From Moniliella sp. 'wahieum' (lineage: Eukaryota): DNA of 64,000 bases. The translations under genes and the position numbers were made by a program. The stretch covers positions 1 through 64,000 of the forward strand of contig RSEE01000137.1 in the NCBI GenBank assembly GCA_003971905.1, read 5' to 3'. The stretch's first letter is position 1; each line of letters opens with the position of its first letter. This document shows positions 51,801 through 64,000 of this stretch, one piece after another. Below the pieces are notes generated by a model. It did not search any database and had not been told where the DNA came from. It saw nothing but the letters and a program-made list of their open reading frames with translations.

Positions 51801-54800
51801 CTCGGCCCTCGGCCTCGCTCTCGGTCTCGTCCCCCGGAACAGGCACAGTCAGGCACAGGCACCAGTTTCCATTTGCCCGACGTGTTTGCCCGTCCGCCGC
51901 TGGCCAAGCCCATCACTATCCGTCGGCCCAAGGAGACCACGCACACGTCCCCACTGGCTTCGCCACACCGCACCCTGTCCGCCTCGCAGGGAGACGTGCT
52001 GGTGCCGAGCCGGCCGTCGCAAGCACAAGATAATACAGGGTCCAGCGTGCCCAAACTCGTTTCCCATCTGAACGAGATGATGAAGAACCAAACTGGCTCC
52101 CACGACGCCTCCCCAACAAGGTAGGTGCGTCAGCAGGTGCTCCGCGTGAATCGGCCCTGTCTCTCGCTGCTTCGGGGCACAATAGGCTCTCCCACCCAAC
52201 TCGTGCCTCCTCCCCTCGCATCGCCATCGCCTCCGCCCTCGGTGCCCTCTGAGACGGAAGAGATGGCCAGTTGGCACGCGACGAAAAAGGATGGCTTAGG
52301 TCACGCGTACCCCTCTCCCTCTGCGCACCCACACGAAGACAACAGTGCCGACGACGCCGACGGATCGGACTTGGATCGTTCCACGGACTACGGCTCGAGC
52401 GAGATGGGCGCCGAAATGGAAATGGAACGGGAGACGGAGGAGGAAGAGGAAGAGGAAGAGAAAGAGGAAGATGTGGTGGACGAACTAGCACGAAGACTGG
52501 AGCAAAGTGTGGATGCATGGTTGGACCAGCTGGTACGGCAAATGCGGAACGCAACCAATGGACCAACCAGTGGACCAGCCAGTCGACCTGTGCCTCCTCC
52601 ACACACGTGGGCGCCTCCCCTGGTGCTCAGCTCGGACGGCCAACCTCGGTTCCTGGACCCCAAGGCGGTCGGCACACCCAACTGCTCCCCGCCCCGCGTG
52701 CGTCCCAGGCGCTCAACCTGTCCGAATCGGGCGAACACGACTTTGACCGCGTCCAGGCCGTGTTGGAAAGCCAGTTTGCCCAGCTGAAACGGACCTTGAC
52801 CCAGGCCATTCCGGAGCTGGTGCAGGATCACTACCGGGTCGCTGATGCACGTCCCGTCTCCACTTCCACTTCCACCTCCACTTCCACTTCTACGGCTCCT
52901 TCTACGCCAAAGGAGCGTGCTGCCCACTTATCCGACGAGGCCTTGGCGCGTCTCATGAGCACCATCGCCTACCGTATCCGTCATAGCCTTACCATCTCCG
53001 TCGCCGAGGTACAGGCGTCGATCACAGGCTTGCCTCCGCCCGTCGCTTCGCCCCTGCTTCTGTCCCTGGAACGGGTGGAACGAGCGGTAGCTCAGCTTCC
53101 TGCGTTCGACCAGGCCCAAGCGAAGGTGGAGGAACTGGTGAGCTACGTGTCGGCACGCATGGACGGCCTCAAGCGCACCATGCAAGAGGGACAAGACGCG
53201 TTGACGGACGAAGTGAACATGGCGGTATACAAGGCGGTTGCGCCTCAGGTAGAAGAACGCGCAGAGACAGACCCGGAACTGGTCTCGTCCATCTTGGTCT
53301 CCAACTTGGTCCAGGTCGTGGAAGAGTACACGTCCTATGGCGATCAGGCCGAGGTCGCAGGCGAATTGGTCAGCAGCCTCGTTCGCCCCTTGATCTCTTC
53401 CCTGATGCAGGACTTTTTGGACGACGTGCGCGCACACACGGAAGCCTTGTGGGACGATTGGGTCGACGAGGCGAACGAGCGCTTGGAAACGGCTTATGCT
53501 CACCTCGGACCCCTCACAACAACCAAAGATCGTACCAAGCTGGGCGCGAGAACGGGCACAGGCACGGGTACGGGTACGGGTACGGGTACGGGTACGGTGC
53601 TCCGCCCATCTTCCGTCCAGCCTTCGTCGCCGGTCCGGACTGCCTTGGCCAATCGTACAGCGCTGGACAAGGCAGTGGGATCCGAGGCGGTGCACAAGGC
53701 AGTGCTAACGGCGCTCAAAGAGAACAGCATGGATTACGATCAGCTGGTTCGGATGCTGGAGCCGCTGATCGACAAGCAAGAAGGTACCAATGCGGGTCTG
53801 GAGGTGGTGTTGGAAAAGCAGCGGGATACGCTGTCCGAAGTGGGCCGATTGCCGGCGCTAGCACGGTCAATGGCAGACCGGGTTTTGTCCTCGACACGGA
53901 GAACTAGGGATTCGTTTAATCATCTGCTAGAGCGCATGGGTGCGCTCGTCACCCTCGATGAGTCCACTGTGTCATTCATGTCGGATCTGGAGGAAGAACG
54001 ACTGAGCTTGGAGGAGAAGGTGGCCCAACTCACACGCCACATGCGCGACCAAGAACTTTCGCAGCACGCCGCCAAGGCTGAGGCCAAGGCCCAGCAGGGC
54101 ATTGTGGCTGCGTTGGAGGCCAGTCTTGCGTCTCTACGGGACCGACTCGGCCGAGCCGAGACTGACCTGGTCCGGGTCCAAGATGAAGCCAATCTCCACC
54201 GGAACGAGGCGATGCGCGCGCTGCAAGAAGAGAACGAGGCGCGCCACCAGCTTGAGACGGCCCGGCGCGCCCAGATCCAAGCGGAAACCCGCTTGGCTCA
54301 GATGCAAGACGAGCAGATGCAAGCCAAAGCGCGCGCGGAGCAGTGTGAGGAGGAAGCTGAGGCTTCCAGGGCCGCGCTCCGAAGTGAACGCGAAGAGTAC
54401 GATGCTCATTCCGTACCCAGCAGGCCCAACTCGAGTCGGCCGAAACGGCCGCCGCGGCAGCGCGCAAGCAAGTGGACTTTATGTCGATTCGCTTGCTGGA
54501 GGTGGAAACGATGGCGAACGAACGGGTCGCCGAGCAGAGCAAGATTGCAGCGGAGACGTTGGGAGAACAACAAGAGTTGCGTCGCCGCTTGGCGGAGCAG
54601 GATACGATGATTCACAAGCTGGCCACCGAGCTGGCGACACAAACTCACCTCTCTACCGTCGCTTCCACCCAGCTGGCCGATGCGAATCGACGTGCCATCG
54701 ATGCAGACAAGATGAGTCGGATGTTGATGATGGCCGAGCGGACGATTGCCACACTGCAATCTAAAGTACAGGCCATGCAAGCATCGTCCGCTGAGATGAA

Positions 54801-55420
54801 GAAGTCCCAGAACGAGGCAGCTGTACGTACTTTCCCCCCCCCCTCCCCACCTCCTCGCCTCTATCGGGGTTCGATAGTTATTACGTGCGTGTGTGAACGG
54901 GAAGAAAGAAAGACTAATATATACTGACGCGGATGAATTTGAATTGGACTGCCGGTGGACAGCGTTCTCAGCGCGAATTTGACCAGTACCGTTCCCAGTT
55001 CCAAGCCATGGAGCGTGAGGTGGGCGCACTCAAGGAGACGATGGTCGAGCGTGCACGGCTGGACGAGGCCGAGCGAGTGATTGCGTCCAACACAAAAGAA
55101 AACGATGAGCTCAAACGGAAAATCGCCTTGTTGCAAGCCACGGCTGTGCCCCCCGCCCCTACCCCTACTAGTACGACTAGCCTTACCTCGACGAGTGTCG
55201 CGTCGCGGCCGCGCGGGCGAGCGCGGTCCGAGTCGACATCCTCTCTTCTTCCCCCGCGTCTTGGTACATGGCGCCGACGTCGATGGCACGGGTGAAGAGT
55301 ACACCCTCTGTGTCTACTCAGGCGGCCGCTACGACACCCAAGGGCGCGGGGACCACCTGGATAGCCTTGGGCGAGGTAGGACACATGGTCCAGGTCGACC
55401 AAGACGGCTGGTGGAGCTGA
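45899..55420 (+). CDS. upa2: Upa2-like multi-PAM2 coiled-coil protein with a C-terminal GWW motif; start uncertain, several introns and indels
   Basis: PAM2-like SLSANAPAFVP (47707-47739) and TLNAAAPAFQP (51688-51720). Long coiled coil at about 53700-55140. The final codons read MVQVDQDGWWS* (TGA 55418-55420) in a frame the ORF track does not list. Confidence 0.75.
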
Positions 55421-56161
55421 TTCCCCAACCTGCACCCCAACCCCAATAACCCCAACCCCATGCAACCCGATGAACTCGATCCCGATCCCGATCCCGATAT
55501 ACCGATACCGATACCGAACCTACCCAAAAATACCATAGCCCGGCCCACCATTTCCTTCTTCCCATCCGAGGGGGAGGCTTGGCCCACCAGGCCCACACGG
55601 ATCGAAGTTTGATTCAAGTTGGATCTGGCGAGCTGCGTCCTGCAAAACTGATCCAACAGGCGCTTGCACTTTTCTTGACCGGCCTTCTCCCTCTGTTTTC
55701 TCGACTCGCATCCACCATTTCCCGATCCCGATCCCGATCCCGATCCCGAAGACCCCATACATTTTCCGACCCGAACCCCCCATACGTTTTGAGAATGTTT
55801 ACCGTTACCATACCTTGTTTCCGGTTTCCGGCTCAGGGCAGTGGGAATGTGGTTCGCCACTGCCCCCGGTCCTGTTCTAGCACGCAGACACGGCACACGA
55901 GTTCCGCCGCCCTGGGATATGGTATAGCAGAACTTAAGAGTGTGACCGGCTTAACAGGCGAAGGAGAAGGAGAAGGAGAAGGAGAAGGGAAGAAGAGAAA
56001 CAACCCACCCGCTTGCAGGCGCATCCATGACGTCACCAACCCTGCCCCACGCGGGTCACGTGCGTCCCCGCCCCCGTTTACCCCACCGCGGGTACCCCGC
56101 CCAACCCTACCGCTGGGCCTCGCTGCGTCTTCTCATCTGCCCCACCGTCGAGCGTCCCCCG

Positions 56162-56219
56162 ATGGGCCTGCCGTGGCTCCCACTCGCCGTCTGGGCGCTC
56201 CTCGCGCTCCTCGCCGCCA

Positions 56220-56251
<32 letters not shown>

Positions 56252-57873
56252 GCCACCAGCAGCGTCGTCGACGTCTCCGCCGCGACGTTTGCGTCCCTCG
56301 TGCTGGGCGTGCGCAAACCCACGCTGGTCGCCTTCACCGCGCCTTGGTGTCCCCACTGCGTCCAGCTCCACGACGCATTCGATGGTGCGTCGCCTTTCTC
56401 CCATGGCCTTACCCCTACCCACCGCTGACCCTGTGATGCGCCCTCGCACACCAGATGCCGCTGCCGAGCTGGACGGGACTGTCCGGCTGGCCCGGGTCGA
56501 CTGTGGCGCAGAGGAAAACGTACCGCTGTGTGTCCAGCACCACATCCACGCTTTCCCCACCCTCGTCATGTTCCCCGCGACCAAACGCCGCCTGGGCAAG
56601 CTGTACCTCGGCGAGCACACCACCGACGCGCTGGTCACCTACGCCTTGTCTGAACTGCCTACGAAGCATGTGCGCAAGTTGACTTCTGACCAGGTCCAGC
56701 CCTTTGTCCATTCTGTACATCCCTTCCTGCCTCTGTGGTACTGTGGTACTGTGCTGTGCTGTGGTTGGTTTTTGTGTGACTAACGTTTGTTCCCATTGAA
56801 TGTGCACCAGAACGAGGCCAAGGTCCTGCTCTTGACTCCCAAACCTGCCTCTCCTGCCGTGTACAAGTCCCTCGCACTCGACTTTGTTGATCGGCTCGCC
56901 TTTGCCTCGGCACGCACTACCCGCCCCGACATCCAAGCCGCTTTGGCAAACGTCCACCTCCCCGTCCCATCCGAATCGACAGGAACGGGTACCTTACTCT
57001 TCCTCCCGCCTCGCACCCACCACAACCCAGATCAAGACAGAGATCATGCCCCAGATCAAGACCGAGATCAAGACCATGACCAAGATCAAGATCAAGATCA
57101 ACAAGGGAGGTACGAAGTGTACACTGGTCCGATGCGCTATGACCCGCTGTACGCATGGTTGGACGCGCGTGCGCCTATGCCGACGCAACGTGCACAGGAT
57201 ACGCATACGCTCCCACCCGACCCGCACCTGGGTTCCGCTAGCGCTCCCTCCCCCCCGATCCGTTCCAGTGCCGAGGGCAGAAAGAAGTGAACGTGCGCGA
57301 CGCTGATGCCCCAGCTCCGATTGCGCACGACCAGCCGCCCTCGGCCCTCCCGGGGGGGGAGGTAGGGGGGGAGGAAGCCAAGTTGAGCGCCTTGTTTGCC
57401 CAGGCACTCAAGGGCAGCACGGGCGAGACGGGCGGGGCGCAGCGCGTGTTAGCTGCTCTAGCACAAGATAATGCAGTTGATCGTGCGGACTTGGACTTGG
57501 ACTTGCTTGCCGATCCTCTGGCCGACTTGTCCGCCGACGAACAGAGGGGCATCGACGAGTCGGTGCGTGCAGTTCGAGATGCGAGGCTTGCGGCGCAATC
57601 GGCCGAGCCAGAGACGTTGGATGCCCAGCTGGAAAAGGCGACGCAGTGGTTGATGGACGCTGTGGCGCTGGATACTTATATGGCCGAAGAACATCCGACC
57701 ATGTTGGATGCCAACCAGCGCGCGTTGCTCGATCAGGCTCAGGCGGTGCTACGCCGTCGAAAACAGTTGCTTGCCAACAAGAACAAGAACAAAAGCAAAG
57801 CAAAAACAACATCAAGAACAAGAACAACGAAGGGACACAAGCGGCAGGACATGGTGCACATGATGACTTGTAA
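56162..57873 (+). CDS. ER protein disulfide isomerase family protein (Mpd1-like); introns 56385-56454 and 56715-56810
   Basis: Signal peptide, thioredoxin domain LVAFTAPWCPHC...ARVDC...IHAFPTL, second domain KVLLL..YKSLALDF, C-terminal HDDL*. Confidence 0.85.
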
Positions 57874-58876
57874 TCGAACCGGTGCGCAGACTACTGCGGC
57901 TGGGTGCTGCGTGTCTGGAATGGAATGGAATGCAATACAATTATGCAATGCAATGCAATGAAAGTCGGATACTTTGGCAAGTCGAAAAGACCGCCGCCGT
58001 GCTCTCTCCACCGATGGGTCGGGGCCACCAAGTCCTCGTATTGGGGATCCATGCTGTCTTTGCCGAGGGGAGCAGTATAATACCAACGTTCGGGACTGCA
58101 GCTCGAGCCGTGATACAAAGTCTGGCAGCTGGCCCCATCGCTTGACAATGCAGCTCGTTCTTTCTCTTCCGCTCTGGCAGCTTCTTTTCCTGCCGCTTGA
58201 AAAGGCTCGCTTAGGTGGACGTTTGGATGTGGGTGGGTGCAGGCCAGCGGGGAGGCGCTTGGAGCGTGGAGGTGTGTGAGGTGTGCGAGGTTGCCGGTAC
58301 TGCCGAGTAGGATGGAATGCGTATACTGATCGATGATCGTCCACGTTCGATCGTCTCGCAGTTGTTCGACCTCGCGGGCGGGGGGCTCACGCGTCACGCG
58401 TCACGCCTTCGCCGCACGCCGCAGCATCGCAGTGCTCCCGAGGGGATCGGTGACCGATGATCAGATCTCAGACGCGCCACGCATGGGGGCAGTGTGCCAG
58501 GCCATGTCACATGACCTGTCACATGACCTGCCCCCTGGCTGTGAGACAGCTCGGCGACGGTGTTTTTATGCGGGCAAGGCGTGTGTGTCGTCGGCGGGGC
58601 ATCGGAGGGTGGGGAGGCGAGGGCGGGGAGCAGCTGGACTGTGCGTGGCATGTCCCTCGCATTCCATCCTCAGGGCTCGGAGTGCGCTGTGCGATTCCGC
58701 TCCCGCAGCTCCTTGGGACCGCAGACTGAGGAAAGAAGAAACAGAGAAGAGCGGCGCAACATCTTGGTATATATATACCCTCCGCTTCCGTCTCGCCCAC
58801 GGATGCACCTCGTCTGTCTGCGCCTGCTGGTCCCTGTCCCACTCACCGCCCCGCTCTTTCCCTCGCAGCGGCCACG

Positions 58877-60475
58877 ATGAAGACGGTACGCCATCTGCTC
58901 GCCGCTTCGCTCGCCGTCCTGGCCAGTGCCGCCGCCCTGGTCGCCCTTCCCGCCGCCGCCCATCGCCCCCATCTCCTGCCGCCCGACCGCGACCCGTTCT
59001 ACACCGCCCCGCCAACCTCTCCCAGTACCAGCCGGGCCAGATCATTTCCTCCCGCCACGTCACGCCGCCAACCATCCGAGCACACGCCGTCGACGGCGTC
59101 GTCCAGGTCCTCTACCGCACCGTCAACACCCAGGGCCAGCCGTCGGCCACCGTCGCCACCGTCTTCACCCCCAAGACGCCCGCCCGCAATGCATCCATTC
59201 TGTCCCTCCAGGTCTTCGAGGACAGCAGCAACCTCAACTGTGCCCCCAGTTACGCCCTGTTGGCAGGATTTTTCGGCCCGAATTGGCCCTCGGTGTCGTT
59301 TGACACCCCCATTATTGCCAAGTGGGCGCTCAACCAGGGGTACTACGTTGTGGTTCCCGATCACGAGGGTCCCAACTCTGGCTTCATTGCCGGGTGGGAA
59401 GAAGGACAAGCTGGCCTCGATGGCATCCGTGCCGCCCTCTCTTCCACCCACTTGCCCGCCAACACCACCAAAGTGGCCCTGTATGGGTACTCGGGAGGTG
59501 CCCATGCCACCGCTTGGATGGCCAATCTCGCCCCCACGTACGCCCCCGAACTGAATGTTGTCGGAGCCGCTCACGGTGGCACTCCCGTCGACTTGGCCTC
59601 CATGGTACGTCCACATTGTGTCCCTCCATCATTCTGTGTGCCAAAAACCCATGATCCTGACACCTATATCTCTCCATCGCACTTTTGCAGATCAACTTTT
59701 TGCAGGGCACGTTCCGCTCTGGGTTTGTCGCCGACGGCCTGGCAGGTGTATTTAACGTGTACCCTGACTTGGACCAAGTGCTTCAGAACTGCCACCATTG
59801 GGTGCAGCAAGCTCTCTCGTTCATGCGCAAAGAAGGCACCTGTGTCATGGAGGCCGTGTCGCACTACCGCCACCAAACCTTTACCAACAAGTGCAATTTC
59901 GGGAAACAGTACGACTTCTTCACCTACCCTCCGCTCGCTACCGTTTGGTGCTGAATCGTTGCTTTCCAACGTCTCCACCAAGGGCGTCAACGTGCCCAAG
60001 TTCCCTCGACTCATGTGGCACGCCCGGCACGACACTACCGTTCCGTTTGCTCCGGCGCAGCAGTACGTCACGGAACAATGTCAGGCCGGAGCCAACATCC
60101 AGTTTGCCACCCTCGAATTCGGCGATCACGTACGTATTTCTTTCCTTTCCTTCTGCTGTCCCTCCATGGTGGCATCCATATCATCATCATTGCTTCATTG
60201 CCATCGACCATCGACCATCGCGGGACTGGGTTCTAACCGCCTGTTGCTATGCACTGCAGATCATGGCCGACCTTGTGGGTATGCCAGGAGGATTGCACTT
60301 TATCCGACAGGCGTTCGAGGGTACCACCCCGCGCGTGGAGTGTGGTACGACGATCAACTTCCTTACTCTGGACGCGGACAACGTCGACCACGTTATCGGC
60401 CGCCACACGGCCACCGCCTTGCGCCACCTCAAGGGTTCCACCCTGTTGAACTCTCTCCGTGAGAAAGATGCGTAG
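58877..60475 (+). CDS. Secretory lipase (LIP / CAL-A-like family); introns 59605-59690 and 60130-60259
   Basis: Signal peptide, PPDRDPFY, QVLYRT, EDSSNLNCAPSYAL, VVVPDHEGP, LDGIRA, GYSGGA, YAPELNVVGAAHGGTP, HDTTVP, GDH. Confidence 0.95.
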
Positions 60476-61117
60476 TAAACATGTATTTCGGTGTTATGGG
60501 AAGAGGCTTTGGCTTGATTGCTATATACCAAGTATGCTTGGTACTAAAAGTACGGTATTACATGATGGTTTTACCCTTTTTATACTAATATGCTCTGCTT
60601 CATATGTGTGCGACTTATAGAAGTGTTACATGGTACAGGTGACTACCCCTCGTGTGCAACGTGTGGCCGGACGCGTAGTTTCTTCCCGTTTTGATCTCTG
60701 TTCACACCCCGTTTCCTGGAATATCATCCCAAAAACACAAATGTCACACAGGCGTACGATCAAGGCGCCTCTGTTGTGCGCGATTATATCCTCGGTCTCT
60801 TCTGTCACTGTGTGGGTATGGACTTGCTGCGCACGGCTAGGCTGGTATCGGCATGCGTTCTGGTCAGGGTACGTTGTCTACCTCCATCCCCTTAGCAATA
60901 CGATGCGGATACTCAAGTTGTGGTTCCATCTTATATTATCGGGCCAGGCGGACCAACAACGAGAAACGGGAGAGGCAAGCCCATCGCCATCAACAGAGGT
61001 TATGATAAGAATCAACCCAGCACATGAATACTATTGTGCGCGTCGCACACCTTATCAATAGAAAGAAGTGACCTTATTGTTCATATGTTCCAGCAATGAC
61101 AGCGCAATCCCACACAT

Positions 61118-63018
61118 TCAGAAATAGACAGCCGCCATTCCTCCGAACACGGCGAGAAGAAGGACGACGGGAGGGGAGAAAGCAGAGGCTGTCACCGAGC
61201 CAGAACTGGTAGATGAACTTACCGGGACAGCACTGCTCGAGCGGTAGGCGGAGCGGAAGCACTGGCGCTAGCCGCCGCAGCCGAAACGTACGTTGCCGAG
61301 GTGACAGGGCTGATAGCTGATGAACTTCTCGGGCCGACGCTACTGCCGGAAGGGTACGCGGAAGCGGAAGCGGACGCACTGGCACTATCTGTGTCCTCTC
61401 CCAGTCGTACGGTGGCGATATGGCTGTCGCCACGCCGCCCGTGCCCGAGGCGATGGGGGCAGAGAAATCGGTGGCCCAAAAGATCCCGGTTCCTGTGGCC
61501 ATAGGCGTACTTTGGAAGTAGTCGGTCGAGATGCTCAGCTTGTGCGACACGGTCAACTCGGTAGCCGTGACGAGCGGTACAGTCGTCTGAGCGGTTTGCG
61601 CCGCCGTGGTGCCGGACTGGAGTGCGGCGAGACCGACTTGCGCTTGGCCCTGCTCGTTCGTCCGGAACGCAGTCAGTAAAGTACGACTTGAGGAACGCAT
61701 CGCCCAAGATCACCATGGGATAGGCGCTGCCCGTCACGATCCGCAGGTCATACACCGCCCCCATACATTTGGTCCCGGCCTGGTCCACAGGACCATGGTT
61801 CAGGTCGATCGGATCAACTGCGTACTCCTTCCCGCCCAGCGTCAGGGACAGCGTAACGTTCGTGTCACATGGGATCGTGTACATCCCATTCCGTGCGTCG
61901 TCCTTGTAGTACCCAGAACCGGGAATCGCATCGTATACAGCGCCGACCATGTCAGTCGCCATGCCGATCAGTGTGGTGCCTATTACACAGGGTGGCCAAT
62001 CAGCGCGTCAGATCTGTACTATCGCCAGTAGAGAGCACACGTACCTGTATCAACAACGGCAGGATGCTGCTGTACTGCTGTTTGTCGCCCATCGTCGTGA
62101 CTTCGTCCAGTGGCACAGTCCAGTACTTACTCGAGTTTGGCGGAACATCCATCCACGCGACCTCGCCCGAGTACTGGTCCGAGTCCAACTGCCCCAGGGT
62201 GAAAATACCTCCTGGGGCCTGGTCAGTGGCGTTGCGTGGATCGCGGTTGCGCGCCAGCTGGAACGAAAAGACAGGTTCGATGGCGTGGAGTTTGCTCAGT
62301 ACTTGCCAGAAGGGCGTGATGCCCATACCACTCAATTCCTGCAGACCCAAGCCCATGAGCCCCCTGCAGGTGCGCTGATCGGGTGGTCGTACAACGAAGT
62401 GGCCAGCCCAAACGATAACTGATCCACCGTTGCACCGCCCAACGAGACGCTGTCCGAAACCAGCGTACCATCTGCCTGCCCAACGCCATACGCCACCCTG
62501 AACGGCTGGTCGGAAATTTGGAACGTCTCCGACACGTTGGTAGAGAACTTGGGAAGGGCGTTGCACCACCCACCCCAACACTGGTCACTTACGATCCACA
62601 TGTCCGAACTGCCCGTGTCAAGCACAACCGCCAACGTTTGCCCGGGCGTGCCGACAGTGACGGGCGCATAGTAGAAGCGGTCCCGCCCCACGGCCGTCAA
62701 GGCTTCTTTCTGGCGCTTGCTGAGGCTGGGCTTGGACTTGTTGGCTCCGCTGGCACTGGCCTTCGCGCTACTATTATTAGGCGAGTCGCTCAGCGCGTAT
62801 TTCGCACGCAAATACGCCACTTCCGCCTCGGTTCGCAAACCCGTATCCTCCCAAGACGTCAGACCACGCTTCTTGGTCCGTTCGCCTTCGTGACGATACA
62901 GCGGCACAGTCAAACGCTTGATGGGAGCCGTACCCAACTCGCCGGCCATAGGCAACGCGTTCACCCCCAACTCGGCCACCAGGCACAGCGCTAGAGCAAT
63001 GGGGAAAAGGGTGCGCAT
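61118..63018 (-). CDS. Secreted, probably GPI-anchored A1 aspartic protease; intron 61980-62044
   Basis: Signal peptide, VGTPGQ..VVLDTGSSDMW, YGVG, GLMGLG, second motif VVDTG|TTLIG split by the intron, ILGDAFL. Ser/Thr-rich tail and hydrophobic end LLLAVFGGMAAVYF*. Confidence 0.92.
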
Positions 63019-64000
63019 AGTAGGACTGTTGATGGGACCGGGTGGAGTGTGCTTGGGATCTGTGAGAGGGAGGGGAAGCAATACAAACTAAAGCTCCGCA
63101 AGCGTGCTGGTAGTGAGAGGATCTCGTCAAAAATATCTTTTCCTTTGCAGCGCGTATCCTGATTTATCTTTTGGGCTCCATCGCCCGCATCAGCCGTCGG
63201 TAGTCTTGTCGTGTCCTCTAGGGCCTAGGTCTACTCCCCATGGTCCAAGGCGCGGGTGTTGTGGACGGTTCACATGTTCACAGGGCTCAGCCTGAGCCTC
63301 GTGCCCCTCATGCTCATGCCTCAGGCCGCAAGACAGAGCCGCGGATGCGTCCGATAGAGAACGGCAAAGCTGAGCAAGTGGCAACGGCTGCGGAAATGAG
63401 CGTCGCGTATCCCCTTCATGTGCATCAGGCCTCGGAAGACTCCTCTCAGACCTCAGATTTTCAGGCCTGAGACTGAGATCTCAGATCTCAGGCCGCGTCG
63501 TGCACCCTGATAGGGCGTGGGACGGGGACGATGCTCGCAAGGGGTGACGCGGACCGAGACTTATGACAAAGGCGTGTGCAGTGGTGGTGCGAAGATCTGA
63601 GCGTGGGTGCGGCCTAAGATGCAGCAGGGGTCCTTCGGACCCTGCGCCGCGCACCCTGTGAGCTTTCTCGTGCATGATGCATCATGCATTATGGTTTATC
63701 GAGTGCCAAGCCAAATACCCCACAGAAGGTGTCTTGCTCCCCCCAAGCCCAGGACTAGCGGTGCCAGTCTTGGCATTCTCCGCAGCAGCCGTGGTGGCAA
63801 GGGCGAGGGACTCAGACTGGGCACTGCCACTGGCGATAGACGATAGACTACAATAGCAATAGCTCTAGTGGCTAGTGGCCAGGGTTGTATAAGTTTCCAT
63901 GTACAAGTGACAATCACCAAACTACCTGGGAGGTTAGATCTTAAGAGTAGGCCAGGGTCTGAGGTGCTGAGGTCCCTCAGATCTCGACTGGGTACTGAAT

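Noticed and set aside
2231..63018. Mass pseudogenisation or programmed frameshifting/editing, since nearly all genes are frameshifted
   Set aside because: The breaks are mostly 1-nt losses in short runs, they hit essential genes, and catalytic motifs are otherwise intact. This is best explained as long-read error.
56162..63018. PDI, lipase and protease as a dedicated gene cluster
   Set aside because: Adjacency alone; no shared regulatory motif was seen and all three are common families.

Overview
Eukaryotic, GC-rich fungal DNA, most likely a basidiomycete (Upa2-like gene, LIP-family lipase, short GTACGT/GTGCGT...YAG introns). The window starts at a probable left chromosome end: a (CTAACC)n remnant, then two subtelomeric direct repeats ending in CTAG. 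About 14 protein genes follow: HMG-box protein, mitochondrial PPR protein, secreted GMC oxidoreductase, RPS23, RING+RRM protein, DMT/SLC35F transporter, Cla4-type PAK kinase, PIN-like transporter, Hda1/Clr3 HDAC, membrane-anchored alpha/beta-hydrolase, Upa2-like PAM2/GWW protein, Mpd1-like PDI, secretory lipase and a GPI-type aspartic protease. There is also an intron-containing tRNA-Ile(AAT) whose T-loop is triplicated. Almost every gene has 1-nt indels typical of unpolished long reads, so boundaries are approximate and products were stitched by eye across frames. The most unusual signals are about 25 unrelated 7-bp tandem duplications, the T-loop triplication, sense-strand poly-C tracts, the CTAG-ended subtelomeric units and a long intergenic hairpin. 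I cannot show a new biological system from the sequence alone.
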